Assembly (NCBI GenBank): GCA_038845265.1
Contig: JAWBQR010000003.1
Coordinates: 64,001 to 128,000 of the forward strand
DNA length: 64,000 nt
Direction of reading: 5' to 3'
Source of the DNA: Nitrososphaerota archaeon
GTDB taxonomy: Archaea > Thermoproteota > Nitrososphaeria_A > Caldarchaeales > Calditenuaceae
The stretch's first letter is position 1. Every line of letters begins with the position of its first letter. The notes under the pieces are model-generated. The model saw nothing but the letters and a program-made list of their open reading frames with translations, was not told the DNA's origin and ran no database searches. Positions 48,868 through 59,181 of this stretch are shown one piece after another. Both the position numbers and the translations under genes were made by a program.

Positions 48868-49827
48868 TTATCCTGATGTGAAGATATAGTCTTTTACCTT
48901 GTTTTTATCAATCTGGATTAGTACACCTCTCAGAATACCTTCATGATATTCGCTTCCAGGATTAAAACAAAGCGTCTTATTTATCCTTGAGAAACCTCTA
49001 GCTTCATGGACATGTCCGTGCAGTCCAAGTAATGGTCTGAATGTTTCTATGCATTTTCTTACGGCTCTGCTCCCAACTGGTATTAGCACTAATTGGCCAC
49101 CAGGACCGACTTTGGGCCTCATATTCTCATTAAGTTCTGGAGCAGAATCTATACCTGAGTCATAAGGAGGAACATGAATGTTAAATATTACATCAACGCC
49201 TGCACTAATATTGCTCATCAATTTAATAATCTTAGACTCAAGTTCTTCCTCAGATATGTCTCTAGGACATTTCCATGGTGTAATATTTGAGTAACCTAGG
49301 CTTAGCATCTCCAGTTTATCAGAAAGCTGAACGATTTTTTCATTTGGATTAATTATTATGTCGGAGGAGCTCAATATTGGGTCAATTGCATAGCTATCAT
49401 CGTTTCCAGGCATGATGTAACATTTCACATTCTTTCCATTTAGTTTCTTCTCAGCATAATTAATCCATCCACGCACTGACTCAATTACCAACTCATTAAA
49501 AATCTCGTCCATTTTATCTCTATCCTGTACGAGGTTCCCCCAAACCTCCTTAGTAGTAATGTATGGATATGAGCCCGAGTCTTTTATTTTCTGAATAGAT
49601 CTTTCAAGCTCCTCTCTGTTTGTTATTAATTGTTCTTCTTTATCTATTCTAAGTTTGTAGTAGTTTCCGTAGTCATATATAGGTACTATGAATTTTCCAG
49701 TAATGTCTCCACCTAGGATTATGACGTCTGATTTATAGACATCTACAGAATTTATGAATTTCTTGAAGCATACCTCGCTTCCATGGATATCTGATATAAA
49801 AAATATCCTGAGTTTATTGTTTGTCAT
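48868..49827 (-). CDS. Calcineurin-like metallophosphoesterase (COG2129/Icc-related)
   Basis: SDIHGS, GGDITGK, PGNDD, HVPP, GLHGHVHE, NPGSEY. Confidence 0.9.
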   Translation of the reverse strand: MTNNKLRIFFISDIHGSEVCFKKFINSVDVYKSDVIILGGDITGKFIVPIYDYGNYYKLRIDKEEQLITNREELERSIQKIKDSGSYPYITTKEVWGNLVQDRDKMDEIFNELVIESVRGWINYAEKKLNGKNVKCYIMPGNDDSYAIDPILSSSDIIINPNEKIVQLSDKLEMLSLGYSNITPWKCPRDISEEELESKIIKLMSNISAGVDVIFNIHVPPYDSGIDSAPELNENMRPKVGPGGQLVLIPVGSRAVRKCIETFRPLLGLHGHVHEARGFSRINKTLCFNPGSEYHEGILRGVLIQIDKNKVKDYIFTSG

Positions 49828-49836
49828 TTTTGTGAA

Positions 49837-51399
49837 CTACTCCGGTGGAAGTTCCTTGAACGATAGTTCGAGAGGTATTCCTGTCTTGCGGTGGTATAGC
49901 GAGGATATGAGGTAGATCACGATGCCTATTATGAAAAGCCCGATAGTGAATGCCATTATTGATGGGTCGAGTTCTCCGACAAATGCTGGCGATATACTTG
50001 CGTAGCCTAGGTATATTGATAGTATTATCGCTATGATTGACAATATATGTAAAACATATATCGGTCCGATTCTTGTCTTGACAATTGATGGAGACCTTTC
50101 CCAAATGTCTTTTCTCCTGGAAGGGAACAATAAAGCAGCGATAGAGGTTATTATCTGCATTATCATCCATCCGAAGACAATATATGCGAAATATTGTAAA
50201 AGCGGAGTCCAGAGCCATAGTGCTTGGAATATTATGGCCACTATTGTTACAAAGATTAAAGCTGCGTATGGTGTGTGATATCGTACATCGACATTCGACA
50301 AAAAAGTCGGTACTACTCTGTCGAAAGCCCATGCAAATACAAATCTTACACCAGAGGCGACGTAAGTCAATATCGCGGCTAAGACCATCGCTCCCCATCC
50401 AATCATCATTATTGTAAAGACTCTGGGATCGACAGAGTACTGGAATAACCACATAAAGAAGGGTTCCCTCGCTAGTGGATAGTTGCTGCTTCCAATTGCA
50501 TAGAGGTAGGACAATGCGCCAAGAAACTCTCCACCCATTCCAACGTATGAAACTTCGTATGCTAACCAGTCAATAAATCCGAAGAGCAATACCGCTCCGA
50601 CTATGGCAATTATCTGAGACTTCTGAACCTCTTTAATCTCTCCAGCGAGATATATTGAAAAATTGAATCCAAGGAAGTTGATGTATGTAAATGTTAACCC
50701 AAGTAGAGTTGCTGATAACAAGAATGTGCCTGGATAACCCTCTTTTACGGCTTCACTGATTATAGATTCATAAGAAACACCGGTGGCCTTGGTGAAATTT
50801 TCTGCAAAGCCTGCTTTACCAATCATGAGTAGCCCTGCTACATAGACGACTAAGCCTATCAAGACCAGTATGAAGAACGCCCATAAAACTTTAGTTGTAG
50901 CTTTCGCCCCTCTAGAAATTATCAATGCACATATCAAATAGTAGATGACCGCAAAGATGAATGTAAATTCGTTTGATGAAACGAGAGCCGCTAAGTCTGT
51001 CATGCCGTTGACCTCAAAAATCGGTGCCAATGTATATTGAGTAAACCAAGGAATGTATGCGCCAGCAACACTCAATACCGTCATGAATAGAAAGAAGTTA
51101 ATGGCGTAGCCCAATGAGGGATGAAGTATCCTGCTGACCCATATGTAGTCTCCTCCTGCTCTAGGCATAGCTATCGAGAATAATGCGTAGAATAATCCAA
51201 TGACCAAGCTTATGGGTATAGCTAGTAGTGCGGTGGCGGGGAGATGTGCGCCTGGATATATTACAGAGGCCCATACGCCGTATACCAAGATTGCCATAGG
51301 CGCCATGACCATAATGTTAAAAATCATGGCATCGAATGCAGAGATGTTTCGTATAAGCCCTGACGCCCTCCTTACGTAAACATCCCTACTCATTCCCAA
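49837..51399 (-). CDS. APC superfamily amino acid/polyamine permease
   Basis: YVRRASGLIRNIS, AMPRAGGDYIWVSRILHP, YLAGEIK, RFVFAWAFDRVVP, YHTP. Confidence 0.92.
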   Translation of the reverse strand: MGMSRDVYVRRASGLIRNISAFDAMIFNIMVMAPMAILVYGVWASVIYPGAHLPATALLAIPISLVIGLFYALFSIAMPRAGGDYIWVSRILHPSLGYAINFFLFMTVLSVAGAYIPWFTQYTLAPIFEVNGMTDLAALVSSNEFTFIFAVIYYLICALIISRGAKATTKVLWAFFILVLIGLVVYVAGLLMIGKAGFAENFTKATGVSYESIISEAVKEGYPGTFLLSATLLGLTFTYINFLGFNFSIYLAGEIKEVQKSQIIAIVGAVLLFGFIDWLAYEVSYVGMGGEFLGALSYLYAIGSSNYPLAREPFFMWLFQYSVDPRVFTIMMIGWGAMVLAAILTYVASGVRFVFAWAFDRVVPTFLSNVDVRYHTPYAALIFVTIVAIIFQALWLWTPLLQYFAYIVFGWMIMQIITSIAALLFPSRRKDIWERSPSIVKTRIGPIYVLHILSIIAIILSIYLGYASISPAFVGELDPSIMAFTIGLFIIGIVIYLISSLYHRKTGIPLELSFKELPPE

Positions 51400-51478
51400 T
51401 TACATCTCCTTTTGGATATTTTTCAATCTTTTGCAATTTTTAAAATAAATTTATTGTATAAAAACTTTACTATTGATT

Positions 51479-52750
51479 CTATTTCTCATGATAAATCCAG
51501 CCTTCCATCTTTTCCCATTCCCAATGATAACTGGTCGGAACAGCATAGCCATAGACTATGCATCCCCGCCATACGGCATACTGTGGTTCTGCTGATAACT
51601 TTACGTTGACGTTCTCTAATCCTTTATTTCTCAACATGTATTGAAGTTTTGTTTGTGAATCTACTGTAATTCCTTTGAGTAAGGATAAAGGTTTCCACAT
51701 AAAGTTACCGCCCGACAAAATTATATGTGCATATAAGTGGGGCTGTAACTCCACTGGGCACCTCTCTACAGCCCTTATTATTGTCTCAGCCATGTCTAAG
51801 GTTCCATAGAAAGTAATATCTCCTATCCTAGTGTCAGATGGTCTCGGCATGCCCCTCTTAAAGTAGCTCTGAAAGACCTCATGGTTGGGATTGAAAACAT
51901 ACTCTCCTATCAAGAAACGAGTCCATGAATACTCAGCCAAGTCAATCTTAATTCTCGTTCCCGGCACTTGGTAGACCGCTCGGACCTGTTCAGGGTTACG
52001 CTTGGCGTAATTGATAGCCTCGTCAAGCTCGAGGGGGAGTAGCCCGATGTTTTCCTTAACTTTTCTGACTAGATTCTCTTCTCTTGCGAGGTCACCATAC
52101 CCTGCATCTTTTAGTATCTCTGCAGTAATTGCATTTGCCTCACTTCCACCTCTATTCAAGGCAACTATGGCGTCTCTAATAGGCGCCCTAGATATTGGTG
52201 CGACCTGCGTATTCCCATGGCCGCTTTCGACGACGACACAAGATAGCTCTTTATGAGCTATCGCAACAGCTAATGGCTGAGGTATAATTGTTGATGCATA
52301 GACCAGTTTACTTTCCTTAGCTATGCTATCGTATATGTTTATTAAATTTTCATACATATATCGAGGAGCTACGGCAGATAATGATGCAACAAGATAAAAT
52401 CCTTTAAAGCCAAAACCACTAGGTTTAAACTCCTCAAGTGCAAACATGGTTAATTCCTTAATAATTCTCCATGCGTTCTGATCGCCTTTTGGTATTACTC
52501 CATCCCTCATTGGATATATTAATCTCGATGAAAGATCAGCCCCACTTTCAAGAAAATACGATACTTCTTTTCCTACTACTATGTCTTTTTCGACACCCAA
52601 AATCTTAGATACCATTGACTTCTCTGGGAGATATCCACGATTCTCAATAATTGCGGGCCTCTCACCTAAAGTAATCGGTCCATATTTATAATCACTAGTT
52701 CCATAATCACTACCAAATACGAACCTGCGCTTGTAATCCTCCTCAAACAA
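51479..52750 (-). CDS. Crenactin (archaeal actin)
   Basis: SDYGTSDYKYG (phosphate 1), YPMRDG, IIPQPLAVA, VESGHGNTQVAPI (phosphate 2), IILSGG, PQYAVWRGCIVYG, WEWEKMEGW. Confidence 0.92.
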   Translation of the reverse strand: MFEEDYKRRFVFGSDYGTSDYKYGPITLGERPAIIENRGYLPEKSMVSKILGVEKDIVVGKEVSYFLESGADLSSRLIYPMRDGVIPKGDQNAWRIIKELTMFALEEFKPSGFGFKGFYLVASLSAVAPRYMYENLINIYDSIAKESKLVYASTIIPQPLAVAIAHKELSCVVVESGHGNTQVAPISRAPIRDAIVALNRGGSEANAITAEILKDAGYGDLAREENLVRKVKENIGLLPLELDEAINYAKRNPEQVRAVYQVPGTRIKIDLAEYSWTRFLIGEYVFNPNHEVFQSYFKRGMPRPSDTRIGDITFYGTLDMAETIIRAVERCPVELQPHLYAHIILSGGNFMWKPLSLLKGITVDSQTKLQYMLRNKGLENVNVKLSAEPQYAVWRGCIVYGYAVPTSYHWEWEKMEGWIYHEK

Positions 52751-52785
52751 TCCTACTAGAGAGTCGAGAACACGTAATTATTAAG

Positions 52786-53463
52786 TTAAGTCTTCTCGGA
52801 GAGTAAGTCAACCCATGGATTTTCTGCAATAAAGGACGGCAGATTATCAGTCTTGCTCTTCTTAACTTTCTGTTCACTTCTTTTTTGATATATTTCTATT
52901 TTCGGCTTCTCTGAATTACTTGTCTCAACTGTTTTAATGTCGATGTGATTCATCTTTTCATAAACGACCTGCTCTAAGAATTCTAATCTCCTATTTAATT
53001 CATCAATCATGCTTAGACTACTAATTAATTCTTCAACTCTTTCCAATCTTGAGGATAAAGAATCGATCAATGTCTCTATTTTTTCGAGTTCATTTATATT
53101 ACCCTGAGTTTCGCCGAATGAAACTATACTGCCGCCCACAAGCTCAGTTATCTTTTGATCGCTATAAACAATGAGCCCTATTTTATGAAGTCTAAAAGCA
53201 TGGTCTCCAATTCTCGATAGTAGTTGCATCGGTAATGCGACATATGCGATCTTTCCCGAAGCGGCATCAAATGCCGATTGAATTACTGCGGAGAGTAAAT
53301 CTCCTCCATTGGCTTCTTCATCAACAATACGGATGATTGCCTCTATACCACCATTACTAAACCTAATAATATTTTCAGAGAAATCTTTTTCTAAAATTCT
53401 GTATCCTTGTTTAGATATGTAACTAGCAATTTTGTCTAACGTATCCTTTCTCGTTACGTGCAA
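52786..53463 (-). CDS. Arcadin-2-like crenactin regulator
   Basis: Directly upstream of crenactin; coiled coil; C-terminal FIAENPWVDLLSEK resembles the recalled arcadin-2 crenactin-binding helix (ENEWVKIL). Confidence 0.7.
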   Translation of the reverse strand: MHVTRKDTLDKIASYISKQGYRILEKDFSENIIRFSNGGIEAIIRIVDEEANGGDLLSAVIQSAFDAASGKIAYVALPMQLLSRIGDHAFRLHKIGLIVYSDQKITELVGGSIVSFGETQGNINELEKIETLIDSLSSRLERVEELISSLSMIDELNRRLEFLEQVVYEKMNHIDIKTVETSNSEKPKIEIYQKRSEQKVKKSKTDNLPSFIAENPWVDLLSEKT

Positions 53464-53544
53464 TTGCCACTGATAATAATTCTTGGTCTCGGATATAAAT
53501 AATCTCTGCCTTTTATAGCTGCTAATTTATTAGACAATCCATGA

Positions 53545-54033
53545 ATGGATTTATCCATGATATCCCTCGATGTTGTAGGATATGTAAGAGTAAATTACAC
53601 CGATGAATATGTAAAAGAACATTCAGGTGAAGTTGAAGGAATCGTCGAAGTATTGCCTAAATTTACTGATGCACTTGAAGGAATCGAAGAATATTCACAT
53701 ATTTTTCTAATATCTTATCTACATAAACAAGCAGATGCTTCTAGGAATGTTTTGAAGGTTAGACCTAGAAGGCTCCTGAGAATGGGGTTAGAATTTAAGG
53801 ATCTACCGATTGTAGGAGTATTTGCAACGGATTCGCCCACCCGCCCTAACCCGGTAGGATTAACATTAGTCAAACTGCTGGGTAGGAAAGAGAATTTACT
53901 TCATGTATGGGGATTAGATCTTTTTAATGAGACTCCCATCATAGATATTAAACCGTATTCGAGTAGTTACAGGGCAAGTGAATATAAAGTGCCACTCTGG
54001 GCCTCAAAGTTTGATGAGCGTAAACCGATTTAG
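53545..54033 (+). CDS. TrmO/TsaA-like tRNA m6t6A methyltransferase domain protein
   Basis: LEGIEEYSHI, GVFATDSPTRPNPVGLT, GLDLFNETPIIDIKPY. Confidence 0.88.
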   Translation: MDLSMISLDVVGYVRVNYTDEYVKEHSGEVEGIVEVLPKFTDALEGIEEYSHIFLISYLHKQADASRNVLKVRPRRLLRMGLEFKDLPIVGVFATDSPTRPNPVGLTLVKLLGRKENLLHVWGLDLFNETPIIDIKPYSSSYRASEYKVPLWASKFDERKPI

Positions 54034-54037
54034 TAGT

Positions 54038-54895
54038 TTATAGTGCACGTATTACCAAATATATGCCGACGAGAACAACTGCGGCTCCAAGAATAAAAGG
54101 AGGAGCCGGGATCTCATTTAAGATAATAAATGCTAATACAGTGGCTGTTAATGGTTCTAGGAGAGTAAGTATAGAAGTCTGATAAGGTCTAAGAGCCTTC
54201 ATTGATGAAAAATGTAAAGTATGACCAATCGTTGTTGGAAAGATCGATAAGCCGATCAAAGGTGCCCACTGATCAAGAGTAGGAAACATGAATACTCCAG
54301 AAATCAACGATAGGATCATTAACGCAATACAGCCTATGAAGTATATGACGGGCATTATCGATAATACGTCACTTTTCTCCCTGATCGGCTTACCGACCAC
54401 GAGATAAATGGCCCATAAAATGGCCGCTGACAAGGATAAGAAATCACCTATAATGTTAGATAATGAGAACTTAATATCGAGAGCCGAAATTATAAAAATA
54501 CCAGTCATACTCATCAATAATCCAAAAGTCGCAATATTTGACGGTCTCTCTCTATTTCTGATACAATAAATGATCAAAGCTATGGCAGGCGTTGTGTTAA
54601 CTAGTACAGTCGCATTAATCACAGTAGTAACTTTGACAGAGTATATAAACATTGCAAAGTGAATTCCTAAAAGTAGACCCAAAATACCTACTCTCCATGG
54701 CGAAACACCTTGTAAGGCAACTTTTTTCCTCTTTAGAAGTAGGTTAGCTAGTAGCAGGATAGATGAGGCAATAAGTAACCTGTAAAAACCTATCGTGATG
54801 GCATCCAATCCACTTATGAATCTTATAAAAATTGAGGCAGTTCCAAAAAAGAATCCAGCCATTAATGCTTGAACTACGTAAATTTTGTTTTGCAT
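54038..54895 (-). CDS. EamA/DMT family transporter
   Basis: Two EamA repeats, FYRL, GDFLSL, LLEP, LNEIP. Confidence 0.9.
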   Translation of the reverse strand: MQNKIYVVQALMAGFFFGTASIFIRFISGLDAITIGFYRLLIASSILLLANLLLKRKKVALQGVSPWRVGILGLLLGIHFAMFIYSVKVTTVINATVLVNTTPAIALIIYCIRNRERPSNIATFGLLMSMTGIFIISALDIKFSLSNIIGDFLSLSAAILWAIYLVVGKPIREKSDVLSIMPVIYFIGCIALMILSLISGVFMFPTLDQWAPLIGLSIFPTTIGHTLHFSSMKALRPYQTSILTLLEPLTATVLAFIILNEIPAPPFILGAAVVLVGIYLVIRAL

Positions 54896-55198
54896 CTACA
54901 AGTCGAGAATACCGTAATACAATTATTTATGAATATTTTCGGTTAAGTGGTACTCAAGATATGTTAATAGAATTTTTATACTATGACGGATAATTTCTAA
55001 AGAGCAGTGCATGCATTATTTTTAGAAATATTCGCAGTTTTCGGCCTAGTACTCTCTTTGAAATATAACTGCATTCTTTACAAATGAAGTATAGTCCTCC
55101 CTTTAAGGAGCCCAACTTAACTATCGCTAAGTGAAGAAAATCTTGATTTTCTTAGCTTTAATAAATTTTTAATGTTTTAAAAACTAACAATAGTTTTA

Positions 55199-55270
55199 TG
55201 GACCGGGCGGGATTCGAACCCGCGGCCTCCCGCACGCCAAGCGGGCGATCTACCACTGATCTACCGGCCC
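55199..55270 (-). tRNA. tRNA-Ala(GGC)
   Basis: GGGCCGG/CCGGTCC acceptor with G3:U70, CCCGC-TT-GGC-GT-GCGGG anticodon arm, GGTTCGAATCC. Confidence 0.95.
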
Positions 55271-55362
55271 ATTCATCGATATTTTCTTAGTCCCTTATTT
55301 AATCATTGCTCAACCAAAAAATGCTTATCTATATACTAAATTGTTAAGTTAATAGAGTTGCA

Positions 55363-55662
55363 TTGAGTATACCTATTCTGACCGGCGAAGAACTGTTAGT
55401 GAATTTTATTTTATTTATAGCGGGCTTTTTGGTTGGGTTAGGGATAGGAAAGCTCCTAAAGGGCTTCCTACTCATCATTGCTGGGTTAGCAATATTGATA
55501 TTAGGGGGTTTCACAATTGCAGGAATAATTAATCTCGAAGAACTCTGGAACCTGTTTGGGCCACTGAAAACAATGGTTGCAAATGCCGCAGGCATGTTGG
55601 CGAGGTATCCTGCACTATCGTTCGGATTGATTATAGGAACTGTTATAGGAGCCATAAAGTGA
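55363..55662 (+). CDS. Small membrane protein, FUN14-like
   Basis: FIAGFLVGLGIGKLLK...GIINLEEL...FGLIIG glycine-zipper pattern. Confidence 0.6.
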   Translation: MSIPILTGEELLVNFILFIAGFLVGLGIGKLLKGFLLIIAGLAILILGGFTIAGIINLEELWNLFGPLKTMVANAAGMLARYPALSFGLIIGTVIGAIK

Positions 55663-55746
55663 CTTATTTTTATGCTACGTATCTTACGTAATTTGTTGAA
55701 AAAATAAGTATTTTTGAATGGGCGTAGAGGGATTTATGGGTACTAA

Positions 55747-56625
55747 ATGAGCGTAATGCACGATGAATTTGTAAAATTACCTGTCCATATTACTGGTTTC
55801 TTCAAGCCCTACTACTCAGATGACCCCACAACTACTGGATCGGTAGGTGCAGGGCTAATACTTACTCCTGGCATAGAATTCCGATTTCGACGTGGAAATG
55901 GGAAAGTTATGTTTAATGGCGAATATTGCAAGATAAGGCCTGCTCTTAATCTTTCGACGAAGCTCAAAGAAGCATTTGTAGAAATATTTACGTCATTAAA
56001 ACCCGGTGTTGGCTATGCAATCAGCGCCGCATCAACACTAGCCGTAGCTTTATCATATGCGTGGCTGTCAGGCACTTCAGTAAGAAAACTTGCCATGGAT
56101 GCACATATTTCAGAAGTCGAACATAGGACGGGGCTGGGCGATGTTATTTCAATTTTAGAAGGAAGTGGTTTAGTTGTCAGGGAGAAACCCGGTGGGCCAG
56201 GCATCGGAAAGACGAGAAGCTACGAGAGGGCAGTGAACATGACAGTAGTAACTACTGACCTTGGTTCAATGGAGACAGAAATAATGTTGAGCACCATAAA
56301 TTACCGCCTCCAAACGTATGGAGAAATGGCAATGCGAATCTTCGAGGCACAGCCCTCACTAGAGGGGTTCTTAGAGGCATCTAGTTGGTTCTCCGAGAAA
56401 GTCGGCTTTATGACCCCTGAAATAAGTGAGCTACTCAAGCCGATCAAGCATATGATTATTGGATCATATATTAAAAAGAAAGTCTTATTAGTTGTACCCG
56501 AACCCGACCTTGTCTATGAAGTAAAAGAATACTTGAAATCAGTATTCGGACATGCTAGAATCTTCAGGATAGGTGATAATAGTTGGATGAAATCCCTAGA
56601 ACTCATCCAAGGTATCATTCACTAA
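55747..56625 (+). CDS. pok: Pantoate kinase (GHMP family)
   Basis: PVHITGFF, TGSVGAG, GVGYAISAA, AHISEVEHRTGLGDV, REKPGGPG. Confidence 0.88.
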   Translation: MSVMHDEFVKLPVHITGFFKPYYSDDPTTTGSVGAGLILTPGIEFRFRRGNGKVMFNGEYCKIRPALNLSTKLKEAFVEIFTSLKPGVGYAISAASTLAVALSYAWLSGTSVRKLAMDAHISEVEHRTGLGDVISILEGSGLVVREKPGGPGIGKTRSYERAVNMTVVTTDLGSMETEIMLSTINYRLQTYGEMAMRIFEAQPSLEGFLEASSWFSEKVGFMTPEISELLKPIKHMIIGSYIKKKVLLVVPEPDLVYEVKEYLKSVFGHARIFRIGDNSWMKSLELIQGIIH

Positions 56626-57353
56626 TCATTAGGAAAAAACTTGTAGAGGCATTCAGACAGGGCATCGTAGTACCTGAGGGATTAATCGCTCACGGAAGAG
56701 GCGAGGCGCTCGACTACATACTAGGCGAAAAAACACTCGAACCTGCATATAGAGCCATTAAAGCAGCATCGGCACTACTATTGACATCAAAAAATCCAGT
56801 AATATCAGTAAATGGAAATACAGCTGCACTAGTGCCAAAAGAACTTGTAGAACTTTCAAAAATAGTTAAAGCTAAGCTAGAGGTCAACCTGTTTCACAGA
56901 ACTATCGAGAGAGAAATTAAGATTGGTGAATTTTTAAAGTCTTTTGGCGCAGAAGAAGTATTAGGCATTGGTAGTGATGCATCTGAAACGATTCCCGGTT
57001 TAGAAAGTAAGAGGAGATTTGTAAGCAATCGTGGAATCTATTCGGCAGACACGGTATTAGTGGCCCTCGAAGATGGCGATAGGACAGAACAGCTAGTTAG
57101 AATGGGGAAAAAAGTAGTAGCAATCGACCTTAACCCCTTCTCGAGAACTGCTAGGGCCGCAAGTATAACTATTGTTGACAACGTAACGAGAGCATTACCA
57201 ATATTGATCGAAGAGTGTAAAAATCTATTGAATAGTAAGAGAGATGAGCTTAAAGAGATCGTCACGGGATTTGATAATGAAAGAAATCTAAAGGATATGA
57301 TTAGAGAGATTAGAGATAGATTATCCACGCTAAGTTCTTTAGAAGATGAGTAG
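56583..57353 (+). CDS. pps: Phosphopantothenate synthetase
   Basis: IPRTHPRYHSL, GLIAHGRGEALDY, SVNGN, EVNLFHR, LEDGDR, IDLNPFSRTA. Confidence 0.95.
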   Translation: MDEIPRTHPRYHSLIIRKKLVEAFRQGIVVPEGLIAHGRGEALDYILGEKTLEPAYRAIKAASALLLTSKNPVISVNGNTAALVPKELVELSKIVKAKLEVNLFHRTIEREIKIGEFLKSFGAEEVLGIGSDASETIPGLESKRRFVSNRGIYSADTVLVALEDGDRTEQLVRMGKKVVAIDLNPFSRTARAASITIVDNVTRALPILIEECKNLLNSKRDELKEIVTGFDNERNLKDMIREIRDRLSTLSSLEDE

Positions 57354-57355
57354 CT

Positions 57356-58201
57356 ATGGAAAGACATCTTTCTGCACTAGATATTCAGAAAATTAAGCGT
57401 ATAGGAAGAAAAATAGTAATGGTGACTGCATATGACTATACCTCTGCACGATTAGCAGATAGCGCCGGCGTAGACATTATACTCGTAGGGGATTCAGCCT
57501 CAATGGTCATGATGGGGATGAAAGATACACGATACCTCACTCTTGAAGAAATGATTGTATTTTGCAAATCAGCTGCAAGAGGAGTTAAACATGCAATGGT
57601 TGTTGGAGACATGCCATTCATGAGCTATCAAGTATCTGTAGAGGAGGCAGTTAGAAATGCGGGCAAACTAGTCAAGGAGGGGTTGGTAGATGCCGTAAAG
57701 ATTGAGGGAGGGACAGAATATGCCGATACCGTAAGAGCAATAGTGCGCGCAGGGATACCAGTAATGGGACACATTGGCCTTACACCTCAGAGCGCATCTA
57801 TGGAAAGTGGCTATAGATTAAGAGGGAAAAGAGCTGAAGAAGCAAAATCAATAATCCAAGATGCTTTACAATTGGAAAGTGCAGGGGCATTTGCAATTGT
57901 TCTTGAGTACACCACATGTGAAGTAGGTAAAATACTATCCGAAAGGTTATCTATACCAGTCATTGGAATAGGATCTGGGCCCTATTGTGATGGACAAGTA
58001 CTTGTATTTCATGATATTGTTGGATTATATGAAGAACCTCCTCCATTCGCTAAGAAATACATAGACGCCGCTTCATTAATAAAAGACGCATTAATACGAT
58101 ACAGAGAAGAAGTCTTAACTAATAGATTCCCATCAGAAAGCCAGTATTGGAACATGGACCCAATTGAGTATAGTCGACTTTTAGAACTGATTAGTAAATA
58201 G
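57356..58201 (+). CDS. panB: Ketopantoate hydroxymethyltransferase
   Basis: TAYD, ILVGDS, DMPFMSY, VKIEGG, GHIGLTPQ, IGIGSG..CDGQVLV.HD. Confidence 0.96.
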   Translation: MERHLSALDIQKIKRIGRKIVMVTAYDYTSARLADSAGVDIILVGDSASMVMMGMKDTRYLTLEEMIVFCKSAARGVKHAMVVGDMPFMSYQVSVEEAVRNAGKLVKEGLVDAVKIEGGTEYADTVRAIVRAGIPVMGHIGLTPQSASMESGYRLRGKRAEEAKSIIQDALQLESAGAFAIVLEYTTCEVGKILSERLSIPVIGIGSGPYCDGQVLVFHDIVGLYEEPPPFAKKYIDAASLIKDALIRYREEVLTNRFPSESQYWNMDPIEYSRLLELISK

Positions 58202-58211
58202 GTGTGATTCG

Positions 58212-59123
58212 TTGGAAATACTTGTAGTCGGTGCGGGGGCCTTAGGACTTTTAATATCTGGACTTATTGCACATAATGGAGGACACGTAACACTTTACAG
58301 TAGGAGACCAGAAGCCATAGAACATATATCGAAAAAGGGAATAAGAATAATCACCGACAACGAAGAATATGTAGTAAGAGTAAAATGTATAGCTAGCATT
58401 CAAAAAGATAACTATTATGAGCTTGCTATTGTAACTGTCAAGTCATATGACACAGAAACTATAGCAAAATTACTCGCTGAAAAATTGAACAGCCAGACAT
58501 TTGTCTTGAGTCTTCAGAACGGACTAGGCAATGCTGAAATACTAGCTAGCCATCTAGGAAAGGAACGAGTATTTCCTGGAATAACAACACAAGCATCAAC
58601 ACGACTAGGCATAAACGAAGTATACCATGCATTTAATGGACTTACGATAATCGGGGAGTATGATGGCCCACCTACAGAAAGAGTCAGAAGAATAGCCGAC
58701 TTCCTTTCCAACAATGGAGTCACATGCATAGTTTCAGAAAACATATGGCGAGAAATATGGTTTAAAGTTATGGTTAATTCGGTGATAAATCCCTTAACCG
58801 CCATTATGAAAATAAAAAATGAAGGGTTACTAAAAATTTCGTCTATAGAATTGCTAATCAAAGATATTTTATCAGAGATAATTTCTGTCGCTAAGTTATA
58901 TGGATATGAGTTTAATCTAAATGAATGCTATGAAAAAATTATAAAAATAATTCAGGACACTAGAAATAATAAGTCATCCATGTTGCAAGATATTGAGAAT
59001 AAAAGAAGAACAGAAATAGATAGCCTTAATGGAATGATAACCAAGCTAGCCGAGATGCACGGCTTAGAAACACCGCTTAACAGGGCATTGACCATATTTG
59101 TGAAAGGCATTGAAGAAAGATAA
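58212..59123 (+). CDS. panE: Ketopantoate reductase
   Basis: VGAGALG, VKSYD, LQNGLG, WFKVMVNSVINPLTA, SSMLQD, TEIDSLNG. Confidence 0.94.
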   Translation: MEILVVGAGALGLLISGLIAHNGGHVTLYSRRPEAIEHISKKGIRIITDNEEYVVRVKCIASIQKDNYYELAIVTVKSYDTETIAKLLAEKLNSQTFVLSLQNGLGNAEILASHLGKERVFPGITTQASTRLGINEVYHAFNGLTIIGEYDGPPTERVRRIADFLSNNGVTCIVSENIWREIWFKVMVNSVINPLTAIMKIKNEGLLKISSIELLIKDILSEIISVAKLYGYEFNLNECYEKIIKIIQDTRNNKSSMLQDIENKRRTEIDSLNGMITKLAEMHGLETPLNRALTIFVKGIEER

Positions 59124-59181
59124 GGCAAAGTAGTTTCTTAACTCAAGGATTAATAACCAGAAATATTTGAATAAATAGTGA

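Noticed and set aside
49814-50452. 212-aa alternative-frame ORF within the APC permease
   Set aside because: Same-strand off-frame overlap with a well-supported gene; no recognisable motifs
54896-55198. 300-bp AT-rich gap downstream of tRNA-Ala with a short CTCC...GGAG hairpin
   Set aside because: No ORF, ORB-like repeat or recognisable RNA structure; consistent with promoter/terminator DNA
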